Source: Gammaproteobacteria bacterium
Lineage (GTDB): Bacteria > Pseudomonadota > Gammaproteobacteria > Steroidobacterales > Rariloculaceae
Assembly (NCBI GenBank): GCA_029243585.1
Contig: JAQWRR010000041.1
Location: 3,477 to 67,476, forward strand
Reading direction: 5' to 3'
DNA: 64,000 nt
In this document: piece by piece, positions 30,901-38,870 of the stretch
How positions within the stretch are numbered: the stretch's first letter is position 1
Layout: each line of letters begins with the position of its first letter
Translations under genes and position numbers: made by a program
The notes under the pieces: generated by a model
Databases searched by the model: none
What the model was told of the DNA's origin: nothing
The model's input: only the letters and a program-made list of their open reading frames with translations

Positions 30901-31462
30901 TGTTGCAGAGCTACAGGAACTACGGAGGGATTTGGCAGATTTACAAAATCCTATTACTGGGCAACAGGGTCAGCAGGCTAGCACCCAAGACCAACCAGCA
31001 GCTGGCGGACAATCAGGAAGCAATCAGTTAAGCGGTGGAGGCGGAGGTATCAGTGAGAATGGAAGGGGACTAGGTTTCTGGGATCCAACTCGCTCATTGA
31101 CTCCAAACTCGCAAGCCTATGCTGAGTTAGAGGATAGATTGCAGGAAGCTGGGCGTGATCTTCTTGTTTTAGGTACAAGGCTTCGTGCAGACGGACTGAC
31201 TGTTGAGGAGTTAGAGGCTGTAAGGCGCTTAGCTGATGCACTGCGAGGTAATTTAGGGGGTAATCCCGAGTTGCTAGAGCAGGAGTATCTTGCAATGTTG
31301 AGCCTAGTTGAGCAACTGGAGTTGCAATTGACTACAGGTGGATATGGATTTGAGGAATCTGCCGTTCGTACACAGACGCCTGTTAATATTTCGCAGGAGT
31401 ACGAAGACGTTGTAGCGGAGTACTTTCGGCAGTTAAGTCGAGCTGAGAAACTTCAGCCCTAA
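27908..31462 (+). CDS. 1184-aa membrane-anchored protein with Gly/Gln low-complexity tracts and a long coiled-coil C-terminal half (possibly DUF4175-like)
   Basis: ATGA overlap with the upstream gene. There are N-terminal TM helices and a beta-rich middle (VVDLPRVSNVRLTYHYPRW...). The Q/E/R-rich heptad-like sequence starts at about residue 540. The family name is from memory only. Confidence 0.5.
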   Translation: MTPRTQLEQYLGEFRQRLRTLIVARGLAALCFTALVVTLLVVFIGTRQAFPPGLMGGARVALVFLLAVILIALLVYPLRVLRSTRGIPEIEKRAPDFDGRIETYDQLTSQNDGNLEQRSPFLGLLAEDALAFARKIPIPVRIPSWEITVPSVFGFIALAVLVWVASFGPDNWRYGARHLWAGWALSDTLPPQRITVNPGDSAVRRGGDLFVDANAEGFDPSGAQVFALFEGNEEWETAPMSTSEDDGFEFTFFGIREPFSYYVVSAGIHSAEYSIEVVDLPRVSNVRLTYHYPRWTELESEVVSVGGDIRAVAGTRVEVEVTTDQPLDGAELNVNGQALSMVTAGPIATTTLEVEEDGEYYVSTFFNSDSVRLSDDYFIDVVPDNKPVVKVMKPGRDWKASNIEEVSIRVEATDDFSLDRLELHYAVNGGDWNVAELDAGGTYTLSEEILYLEEMGKTVGSSDLLDLLTASETNNETITTNLVPGDLISYYAEAHDRDTSERTDLFFVEVQPFDRSYSQSMQSGGGGGGGGGQQQNEISQRQKEILLATWNLIREKEEQTGFQDEQQLQDNAQMLSELQRTLADQARTLANRTRARQLTSVDEQIQIFVQSLESAAEAMMPAAERLVDLEFDNAVPSEQEALQYLLKAEAVFTDIQVSSQQGGGGGPGGFAGRDLAELFELEMDLEKNQYETESPTSFDTPEAEVDEAIAKLRELANRQESLARQANQQQALTEEERWRQEELRRETEELRSQLEQLRQQSAQQQSAQQQSGQSTQGDATSGAIRQLDNALQAMDRAQAQNGMDQDQNQRAVEQARRQLDRALEQLTAQRQADAEEIFSDLSERAELLLNEQRRLAAELQQVAREALENRDDDGVRENPLSDEETIELAERKWLMQADLEELEEEMQRVSQRYRDQTPDASAQLSDALSDLQRTQAVRRLAYAGEMIRRGLADELSPFEGIVTTALDDLRRDTEQALATASREARDGQQAEQNPTSELVAELQELRRDLADLQNPITGQQGQQASTQDQPAAGGQSGSNQLSGGGGGISENGRGLGFWDPTRSLTPNSQAYAELEDRLQEAGRDLLVLGTRLRADGLTVEELEAVRRLADALRGNLGGNPELLEQEYLAMLSLVEQLELQLTTGGYGFEESAVRTQTPVNISQEYEDVVAEYFRQLSRAEKLQP
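29477..29503 (+). repeat. (GGTGGC)x4+GGT hexanucleotide tandem repeat encoding Gly9
   Basis: Counted directly in the sequence. It lies inside the 1184-aa CDS. Confidence 0.9.
30182..30221 (+). repeat. 15-nt tandem repeat CAGCAATCAGCTCAG, two full copies plus 10 nt of a third, encoding (QQSAQ)n
   Basis: Counted directly in the sequence. It lies inside the 1184-aa CDS. Confidence 0.9.
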
Positions 31463-31516
31463 TGCCTATAAAAAATAAGAGTTTTTAGTGTTATCTACTT
31501 AGGAGAGTAATTATTT

Positions 31517-32233
31517 ATGACAATTCAAGCTAAGACTGTGGACTATGATCAGGATGGTAAAACCTTTGAAGGTTATTTTGCATGGAATGATGCTTCTGAG
31601 AAACCTGCTCCCTGTGTTCTTGTTGCCCATGCATGGGCGGGCTTAACCGATTATGAGCAGACGAATGCACGGAACTTAGCCGAACTCGGATATTCGGCCT
31701 TTTGTATAGATCTGTACGGTAAGGGTGTGCGAGGTAATAGTACAGAGGAGAATGCAGGCCTTATGCAACCATTTCTAGATGATCGGGCTATGTTACAGAA
31801 CCGATTAATACACGCATCCGATGTGGCACGCGCCCAAGCAAATGTTGATGCTTCAAAAATGGCAGCTATTGGATATTGTTTTGGGGGCTTATGTGTTTTA
31901 GATATGGCGCGTGTGGGCGCTTCGATTCAAGGTGTAGTCAGTTTCCATGGGCTCTTTTTTCCGCCTGGCAATACAGAAGGAAACAAAATACAGACTAAGG
32001 TTTTGGCGCTACATGGGTGGGATGATCCTATGGCAACGCCTGATCAAGCTGTTTCATTTGCTGCTGAGATGAAAGCTGCCGGAGCAGACTGGCAGATACA
32101 TGGGTATGGTAATACTTGCCACGCATTTACTCACCCCTCAGCTAATGATCCCGATAATGGAATGAGCTACAGTGAGTCTGCCTATCAAAGATCTTGGCAG
32201 GCAATGACTAATTTTTTTGAAGAGATTTTATAG
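31517..32233 (+). CDS. Dienelactone hydrolase family protein
   Basis: Cys-nucleophile elbow IGYCFGG, ALHGWDDP and a C-terminal His (TCHAF). AGGAG RBS upstream. Confidence 0.85.
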   Translation: MTIQAKTVDYDQDGKTFEGYFAWNDASEKPAPCVLVAHAWAGLTDYEQTNARNLAELGYSAFCIDLYGKGVRGNSTEENAGLMQPFLDDRAMLQNRLIHASDVARAQANVDASKMAAIGYCFGGLCVLDMARVGASIQGVVSFHGLFFPPGNTEGNKIQTKVLALHGWDDPMATPDQAVSFAAEMKAAGADWQIHGYGNTCHAFTHPSANDPDNGMSYSESAYQRSWQAMTNFFEEIL

Positions 32234-32263
32234 CTCTAATTTCTCGATTAATATCCAACATAT

Positions 32264-32295
32264 CGCCAGCCTTGCATCTTTTGCCAAGGCTGGCG
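32264..32295. terminator. Hairpin with an 11-bp perfect stem between convergent genes (candidate bidirectional terminator)
   Basis: CGCCAGCCTTG-(10 nt)-CAAGGCTGGCG. It lies between the dienelactone hydrolase (+) and ytoQ-like (-) genes. Confidence 0.6.
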
Positions 32296-32360
32296 TGGTC
32301 TTATTAACAACCCTATGAGTTGCAGATAGGCGAGGTTTTCTAAACGATTAATATTAATTA

Positions 32361-32813
32361 TTAGCCGTTAATGACGTATGCCAAAATATCTACTATCTGA
32401 TCCGGACTTCGAGCCGTCGCATTAGCAGCAGCATCCACCTCTTTTAATGCGTGGTTATGTTCTTCTTCATGCATGATGATCAATGGCTTATTCAGTGCGG
32501 CAGCATAGCCTGCATCAAAAGCAGCATTCCATTGCTTAAACTTTGCGCCAAACCTCACTATCACTATATCGGCTTGACTAATCAGACTAGATGTACGAAT
32601 AGCATTAATGCCAGCACCTTTACGATCTTGCCAAAATTGTTGTGTCTCTTCACCAAGAATTTTAACGCCACACAAATCGCTAGCATCATGATCTGTAACT
32701 GGGCCAGTAAAAGTTACAGGAAGGTTGATAGCCTTTGATCCTTCCATGATCTGGTCCCTCCAGTCAGAGTGAATTTCTCCAGAAAGGTAGACATTCCAAG
32801 TCTTGTTTGACAT
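32361..32813 (-). CDS. YtoQ-family (nucleoside 2-deoxyribosyltransferase-like fold) protein
   Basis: 150 aa. VYLSGEIHSDWRDQI ... IVIVRFG..FKQWNAAFDAGYAAALNKPLI matches my memory of the YtoQ family. Confidence 0.65.
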   Translation of the reverse strand: MSNKTWNVYLSGEIHSDWRDQIMEGSKAINLPVTFTGPVTDHDASDLCGVKILGEETQQFWQDRKGAGINAIRTSSLISQADIVIVRFGAKFKQWNAAFDAGYAAALNKPLIIMHEEEHNHALKEVDAAANATARSPDQIVDILAYVING

Positions 32814-32957
32814 TTAATTAGCGCTCCAATATGTATAAGTTGTTAGTCTTATTTCCGATACTAACAAGAGTTTGATTTTATATTAAAGGAATAATATTCC
32901 TATAGAATTATGTATACCATTGATATTTCATTAAGCTACTAAGTGCATGGCAAAAAA

Positions 32958-33923
32958 ATGATACCTACTCTCGATTTGGGCGACTATTTAGCCGGCAGTA
33001 TTACGGCACGAGATGCCTTAGCAGCTGAGTTAAGAGATATTCAGGAAAATATTGGGTTCTATACCGTTGTGAATCATGGAGTGCCCCAATCACCTATTGA
33101 TCAAGGATATCAGGCATTACGGCAGTTTTTTTCTTTGCCGCTGAATGAGAAACTAGAGGTCAAAATAGATCAAAATTCTGTAGGCTATGTTCCTATACGC
33201 TCAACTGTTTATGTAACATCAAAATTTAATAAGAACACTCAGAAGGATCTGAATGAGACTATAACTATTGCCCGTGAGAGGGCTACTGATGATCCTGATA
33301 TTCGTAATGGGCTGAGATTCGTAGGTCCCAACCAATGGCCGAAAGGATTGCCTATATTTCGCAATGCCATGATTGGTTATCAGGAGGCCCTAGCAAAGCT
33401 TGGTTATGCAATGCTACCCCTTTATGCCTTAGCGCTTGATTTACCAGCTAACTATTTTGACCCCTTTTTTACTAGACCTACTTGGTGGACACGTAATACT
33501 TACTATCCAGCTGTAGCGTCAAACGACAATCAGTTTGGAATTTCTCCTCACTCAGATCATGGTTTTATCACTTTACTACCAATGTCTAATGTGAGTGGTT
33601 TGGAGATTTTGAGTCAGAAGGGTGATTGGATTCCAGCGGTTCCAGTTGAGAATGGAATAATCATAAATACAGGAGAATTTTTAAACCGCTGGTCAAACGG
33701 ACGATTTATAGCAACTCCTCATCGAGTAATACCGCCAGTTGAAGATCGATATTCAATGGCAATGTTTTTTAATCCAAATCCAGAGACGCTTGCCGTGCCT
33801 TTTGAGTCTTGTTTATCTTCCAAAAACCCAGCTAGATTCGAACCAATAACAATGATTGACTACATGTGTTGGTATATAGACAGCAATTATAAGAAGGAAG
33901 CCGGCGGTATTCAGGGTTCATAA
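32958..33923 (+). CDS. 2-oxoglutarate/Fe(II)-dependent oxygenase (isopenicillin-N-synthase-like family)
   Basis: The facial triad context HSDHGFITLL ... TPHRV plus an N-terminal DIOX_N-like IPTLDL. An alternative GTG start lies at 32943. Confidence 0.85.
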   Translation: MIPTLDLGDYLAGSITARDALAAELRDIQENIGFYTVVNHGVPQSPIDQGYQALRQFFSLPLNEKLEVKIDQNSVGYVPIRSTVYVTSKFNKNTQKDLNETITIARERATDDPDIRNGLRFVGPNQWPKGLPIFRNAMIGYQEALAKLGYAMLPLYALALDLPANYFDPFFTRPTWWTRNTYYPAVASNDNQFGISPHSDHGFITLLPMSNVSGLEILSQKGDWIPAVPVENGIIINTGEFLNRWSNGRFIATPHRVIPPVEDRYSMAMFFNPNPETLAVPFESCLSSKNPARFEPITMIDYMCWYIDSNYKKEAGGIQGS

Positions 33924-34829
33924 TTAACTGACAGTTTTATACCAGTCAAGAATCTCCTCACCTGTCATCATACAAACATCGGGTTTAGAAAGAATATAAT
34001 TATATAGATCTGCAAGATACTTGATGCGGTGAGGTGCTCCGCTTAAGAATGGATGCACACTGATTGCCATTATGCGAGTGTGTTCAGTTCCTTCCTCATA
34101 AAGCCGATCAAAGTGATCAATCCCACGTTTTAAGAAGATGTCAGAAGTATGTTGTTGTAATGCCATCATGGGAATGTCATTAACTTCAACGGTATAAGGT
34201 ACTGATATTAGTGGGCCTGCAGTTGTAGTTATCTCTACCGGTTGATCATCTACCACCCAGTCAGCGATATATTCAATTCCCTCTTCAGCTAACAAGTCTG
34301 GGGTTTCGAACGTTTCCGTTAACCCGGGGCTTTCCCATCCACGTGGAGGTTTACCAGCCACACTACGAATAGCCTCTATGGTATCGCGTATAGCTTGTCG
34401 CTGATCCGGAACTTTGTGCATCGGTCCTTGTAAAAAGCCATGTCCCATGATTTCCCAGTTAGCCTCTAATGCCGCTTCTATAATGCGGGGATAGGTTTTA
34501 CATACTGAACCATTGGTGGCTAGTGTTGCCCGTTGCCCTATAGACTGAATAGCTTCAAGTATTCGCCAAAAGCCAACACGCATTCCATATTCATGCCACG
34601 CCCAGTTCGCTAGATCGGGGACCAGAGGTTCTCCACGGGGTGGTGATAGGACTTGACGGGGCATTGGATAATCAATTGACCATTCTTCTACATTAACTAT
34701 TGTCCACACTGCTATGCGACCATTATTAGGCAGTGGTAACCGAGGTCGGTCTATAATTGCACTGTAAGGTAGACGTTCACGAGGACTCATAGGTTCAGAC
34801 ACAGTTTTATTCGCTCCATCCTGCTTCAA
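33924..34829 (-). CDS. Polysaccharide deacetylase / PuuE-like divalent-metal hydrolase
   Basis: RIAVWTIVNVEEW, MGHGF and AISVHPF segments typical of the NodB-fold PuuE-like group. An alternative start at 34790 removes the overlap with the upstream gene. Confidence 0.7.
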   Translation of the reverse strand: MKQDGANKTVSEPMSPRERLPYSAIIDRPRLPLPNNGRIAVWTIVNVEEWSIDYPMPRQVLSPPRGEPLVPDLANWAWHEYGMRVGFWRILEAIQSIGQRATLATNGSVCKTYPRIIEAALEANWEIMGHGFLQGPMHKVPDQRQAIRDTIEAIRSVAGKPPRGWESPGLTETFETPDLLAEEGIEYIADWVVDDQPVEITTTAGPLISVPYTVEVNDIPMMALQQHTSDIFLKRGIDHFDRLYEEGTEHTRIMAISVHPFLSGAPHRIKYLADLYNYILSKPDVCMMTGEEILDWYKTVS

Positions 34830-35748
34830 TTAAATATTCTTCAAATGTTAATAGCCAAGAGAATTCATCACGAAGTGCTGCCACATTAATAGGATCAATA
34901 TTATCTCTGTACCAAGTAGTTGCAGCGATAGCTATCGGAGAGGCTGAGGCAGTAAATTCTTCCCAAGACATTTGTTTGTAAACGACTGGTCTGTTCATAA
35001 CACGGCTCATAGCATCTGCTATACCTGCATAAGTTGTTCGGTCACTGGCAATTGAAAGAGTTTTTCCTAACCAATCGGAAGGATAATCAAAAGCTTCTGC
35101 AACAAAACGTCCAATGTCTGAGGGAGCCACAAATACTCGTTCGAATTCTGGTAGTTGAGGTCCGCTAAACTCCCCTCCTTGAGCATCTGTTCGCCATACT
35201 TCAACAGTACTCATGAAACTTGCTGGACGTACAATCGTGTATGGAATTTCAAGCGATTGAATATAGTTCTCTATCACCAGCTTACTTTCAAATTGTGGAA
35301 CACCTGTTCTTAGTGGGGCTTTTGCCACTGAGGTATAAATGAAGTGCTTTATTTCTGCCCGCTTAGCAGCATCAGCGAAGGCTTTGCCCTGTCGAATTTC
35401 CCCATCAATGCCTACGCCACGGTATTGCTGTACAGAGAAGGCACCGTAAGCGCCTTCCAGCGCTCTGTCTAAGGAAGCTGGATCATCAAAGTCACCTTGT
35501 ACCATCTGTATGCCATGCGCTTGCAGGGCTTGAGATGCTTCACTGTTTGTGTTTCGTGTAAGCCCCTTAACAATGTAACCACGTTGTACTAACTCTCGAG
35601 CAACCGCACCACCTTGAGTGCCTGTAGCTCCTGATACCAAAATTATTTGTAAGTGACGATCGTTTGGCTGTCCCCAACCACTAATACTTATGAGACCTAT
35701 AAGGAGTAAGACAAGCAGTTTGCCTGATCGTAGGTAGTTCTTTTTCAA
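34807..35748 (-). CDS. NmrA-family NAD(P)-binding protein with an N-terminal signal/anchor sequence
   Basis: The hydrophobic N-terminus KLLVLLLIGLISISGWG is followed by the Rossmann motif ILVSGATGTQGGAVAREL. Confidence 0.7.
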   Translation of the reverse strand: MKKNYLRSGKLLVLLLIGLISISGWGQPNDRHLQIILVSGATGTQGGAVARELVQRGYIVKGLTRNTNSEASQALQAHGIQMVQGDFDDPASLDRALEGAYGAFSVQQYRGVGIDGEIRQGKAFADAAKRAEIKHFIYTSVAKAPLRTGVPQFESKLVIENYIQSLEIPYTIVRPASFMSTVEVWRTDAQGGEFSGPQLPEFERVFVAPSDIGRFVAEAFDYPSDWLGKTLSIASDRTTYAGIADAMSRVMNRPVVYKQMSWEEFTASASPIAIAATTWYRDNIDPINVAALRDEFSWLLTFEEYLIEAGWSE

Positions 35749-35791
35749 TTTTCCCCCTAATTTATATGACGCATTCTAGTTTATTTTTTCT

Positions 35792-36916
35792 CTAATTTAT
35801 TAAGCGAAAACGTTGAACCCGTTCTCCCTGCTGTACCTCACCAGTATATAAATTTCCATTAGAGTCTACGTCAAGCATATGTAGTCCATGAAACTGACCG
35901 CCGTTGTCGCCCGCACTTCCAACTCGGTTTACGACAGTCCCATCCTCCCGATCAAGAATCCAAATGGTGTTGTTTTGGATATCAGGAATAATCAGAAACT
36001 TCTGATCAGCATCATGTGAAAAAGCAACACCACCTGCAGAACCCCTTTGTCTAGTCCATGTTGCCAGGAAAAACTCTTTTTGAAATTCACCCTGTTTGCT
36101 GAAAACCTGAATTCTATTACCACGTCGATCTGCCACATAGACCCAACCGTCATTTGAAAGATCCAAGGTCACATGTCCAACAAAATCGGATGAAATGGTC
36201 ACAACATCTCTATCAGGCGATTCGCTGCTGTAAAACTCAACGCCTCCACCATTAGTAGGTCCATCAGTAGCAACTACGCCAATTTCGCTCAGAGGTTTAC
36301 CATATGCTCCCCAGCCACGCTTGAACTCAAGTGTATCCATGTCATAAACCATTACCCGGCCATTTAGATAATTATCAATGGTATACAACTCCCTCATCGG
36401 TTCATCTGCTCGAACTTCTTCAATCTGATCAACGATGATCTCCGTTTCTGGTGGATACTTGCCTTCGGGAGGCTCCGCTTCTGGAACCCTTTCAATTGCA
36501 CCCACTAATTCACCGTCTAGGGTGTATTTGCGGACCGTGTCGGAGCCAATCCAAACATGTCCTTGGCGATCTACCATCATTCCATGACCTTCTTGGGTAT
36601 CCCATGATCGAATGACATTACCCTCTACATCAAATGCAATTACTGCTGGTGGGGCTATGCAGCACTCTGCTACGGGAGGGTCAAGCTGTGCATAATTTTC
36701 AGTGTTGCTAAGATTACTAGGGCGATTAAGCACCCAGATATTATCTTCATGATCAACATATAAACCGGTTACACCTTGCATCCACCACTGATTTGGCAGA
36801 GGCAACTTAGGCCATTCCGCATCGAATTTGTACTGTGGTGCTTGCGCTTGAATGCTAATAGTGAAAGAAAAACAACATAGAGCAATGACAATACTGGCAG
36901 CTCTTTTAATATTCAT
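35792..36916 (-). CDS. Exported NHL-repeat beta-propeller protein (PAL-like)
   Basis: The start at 36916 has an AGGAG RBS, and a signal peptide ends in IQAQA. NHL-like blades are visible (VYVADRRGNRIQVFSKQGEF, LIIPDIQNNTIWILDREDG, LYTGEVQQGERVQRF). Confidence 0.65.
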   Translation of the reverse strand: MNIKRAASIVIALCCFSFTISIQAQAPQYKFDAEWPKLPLPNQWWMQGVTGLYVDHEDNIWVLNRPSNLSNTENYAQLDPPVAECCIAPPAVIAFDVEGNVIRSWDTQEGHGMMVDRQGHVWIGSDTVRKYTLDGELVGAIERVPEAEPPEGKYPPETEIIVDQIEEVRADEPMRELYTIDNYLNGRVMVYDMDTLEFKRGWGAYGKPLSEIGVVATDGPTNGGGVEFYSSESPDRDVVTISSDFVGHVTLDLSNDGWVYVADRRGNRIQVFSKQGEFQKEFFLATWTRQRGSAGGVAFSHDADQKFLIIPDIQNNTIWILDREDGTVVNRVGSAGDNGGQFHGLHMLDVDSNGNLYTGEVQQGERVQRFRLIN

Positions 36917-36948
36917 ATGGTGTCTCCTGAAGAAGGATGGTTGATTTG

Positions 36949-37704
36949 CTACCGCTCCGGTTTCATCTCCGGTAGCTCGGACAGCATAAGTTCTTGGCAA
37001 ATAAATTCCGCTAGTTCAAAGTCTCTAGATTTGAAAGTGATGCTGGAGTTCCAGGGTGTTTTGTAGGCAATTGGGTCATCTATGGTAATTTTGTTCTCTA
37101 GTGTTTGTTCATCAATACGTCTAATCTTCTCAATAAGACGTAATTCATCGCTATGAGGCCAGCCGAGACGATCAAGCCAGCGTTGCTGTTGTTCAGATTC
37201 CCAGCCAATAAAATAGCGTGTTTCAATGACTAAACTATCTCCTTCGTAGTGACCTATGGAATACCCATTCCATGTGTGTAACGGAATCTCGGGGAATTCT
37301 CGCCCATCTGTGTAGATGACTCGCCAAAAGTTATCCGTTTCGAACAGCATTACAACCCTATCTGGGAGTTGAATAATTTCAAAGGGCCGTGGTCGAAAGT
37401 AAGCATGGGGCATTCCCATTGGGAGGCATAGTAATTCTGCTGCATTAGATTCTGTAGCGGATGCGGGATTGGCCCCATGAATTGGCTTTGCTAAAGCAAA
37501 CCGTTCCTGCCCCCACTGTGTAAGCGGGGGTTCTTCATTTACAAGAGCTGGTGAAGCAAGTGTTGGGTATCTTGGTCCGCCGCGCCCGCCCCATAAACTT
37601 TGCCAGACTCCAGAAAGTTCTGGTGTTTGTCCAAATACGGTTGTTATAGCGCTAAGCCCAACTAATAGAAGAATGGTTTTTGCTGTTATTCGGTAGCCGC
37701 TCAT
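36949..37704 (-). CDS. Exported ~250-aa partner protein, copy L1 (uncharacterised family)
   Basis: Signal peptide present. It shares long identical runs with L2 (RPRPFEIIQLP, PLHTWNGYSIGHYE, QQRWLDRLG, RDFELAEF.CQELMLSELPEM). The core DGR.FPE...G.SIG.YEGD.LVIET is shared with L3 and the fusion. Confidence 0.7.
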   Translation of the reverse strand: MSGYRITAKTILLLVGLSAITTVFGQTPELSGVWQSLWGGRGGPRYPTLASPALVNEEPPLTQWGQERFALAKPIHGANPASATESNAAELLCLPMGMPHAYFRPRPFEIIQLPDRVVMLFETDNFWRVIYTDGREFPEIPLHTWNGYSIGHYEGDSLVIETRYFIGWESEQQQRWLDRLGWPHSDELRLIEKIRRIDEQTLENKITIDDPIAYKTPWNSSITFKSRDFELAEFICQELMLSELPEMKPER

Positions 37705-37714
37705 GGTGTAGACC

Positions 37715-38116
37715 TCAGGGATCGTTTCTTACATTGATATGAGTACCGTCCATAAGTTCTACAGCCTCAGTCCACATTGAGAGAACATTTGGGCGTCTGT
37801 CAGGGTTACCAATGATTGTTACCTGATCTCCTGGTTTGAATGTATCTTTGTTCCAGCTAAAAAACCTATAAAGATCTTGAACACTTTGAAACTCTCCTGA
37901 CCAGCTTTCAATTTCTCCCACTTCATTGACCACATCCAGAAAGATTCCAACATGAGGATTTATAAACTGCCATTTAGAGACAGTGCCAGTCACTGAGATT
38001 GACTTGGTTCGATCATAGGCAGAGTTAGCATGATGCGCTTGTGCTTCCATGACTGAACTGAAGAAAAATAAAATAGCAGACGAAACCAAAATAATATTAA
38101 TTTTTGTTCGTACCAT
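37715..38116 (-). CDS. Small exported His-His protein, copy S1 (DUF6152-like from memory)
   Basis: The signal peptide ends in EAQA, then HHANSAYD...GTVSKWQFINPH...W..E...FKPGD. The ATG at 38116 is preferred; the ORF extends to 38146. Confidence 0.7.
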   Translation of the reverse strand: MVRTKINIILVSSAILFFFSSVMEAQAHHANSAYDRTKSISVTGTVSKWQFINPHVGIFLDVVNEVGEIESWSGEFQSVQDLYRFFSWNKDTFKPGDQVTIIGNPDRRPNVLSMWTEAVELMDGTHINVRNDP

Positions 38117-38146
38117 GGTTAGATTATCCTTTAAAGAGCCTAACAA

Positions 38147-38866
38147 TCACTCAGGCCTCATTTCTGGTAATTCAGATAACATCAGTTCCTGACATACAAA
38201 CTCTGCAAGTTCAAAATCTCTTTTTCTAAAGTTTAATGTACCGGTCAGTACATTTTCGTATGCGATAGGGTCATGGATAGACACTTCATTTACTATCGAT
38301 TCAGCATCGACACGCCGAATTCGTTCGATAATTCTTACTTGGTCACTAAATGGGTGACCAAGGCGATCAAGCCATCGCTGTTGATTCTCTGATTCCCAGC
38401 CCAGTATATTCCTAGTCTCGATAACTAGCGTGTCTTCTTCGTAGTGCCCTATGGAGTATCCATTCCAAGTGTGTAGAGGTACTTCTGGGAAATCCCGACC
38501 ATCCATATATACAATTCTCCAGAAATTATTAATTTCAAAAAGCATTACAACTCGGTTTGGGAGCTGAATAATCTCAAAAGGTCTAGGACGGTAGTAGGTT
38601 CCCGGAAACCCCATCGGCAGGCACTGCATTTCGGCGGCATTGGATTGAGTGGCTGATGCAGTTCTGGGACCATGAAGCGGTTTAGCCAGGTCAAAGCGTT
38701 CTTGTGCCCATGAAGTCATTGGAGGATCAGGAACGAGTGAGGAGGCCCCTGGAAAATTCCTTTGCCAGACACCAGAAAAGTCAGGAACAGATTGCGCTTT
38801 AGTCACAATGGCCATCAGGTAGATCAGGGACCAGATAAAAAATTTTGTTAAAGTATTTAAAAGCAT
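38147..38866 (-). CDS. Exported ~250-aa partner protein, copy L2
   Basis: The ATG at 38866 gives a signal peptide (MLLNTLTKFFIWSLIYLMAIVTKAQS) and a 4-nt gap after the S2 stop. It is highly similar to L1. Confidence 0.7.
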   Translation of the reverse strand: MLLNTLTKFFIWSLIYLMAIVTKAQSVPDFSGVWQRNFPGASSLVPDPPMTSWAQERFDLAKPLHGPRTASATQSNAAEMQCLPMGFPGTYYRPRPFEIIQLPNRVVMLFEINNFWRIVYMDGRDFPEVPLHTWNGYSIGHYEEDTLVIETRNILGWESENQQRWLDRLGHPFSDQVRIIERIRRVDAESIVNEVSIHDPIAYENVLTGTLNFRKRDFELAEFVCQELMLSELPEMRPE

Positions 38867-38870
38867 AGGT

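Noticed and set aside
32887-32901. 15-bp palindrome AGGAATA-A-TATTCCT upstream of the 2OG oxygenase gene
   Set aside because: Its 7-nt AT-rich arms lie in an AT-rich spacer, so it is plausible by chance. No second copy or associated regulator was seen.
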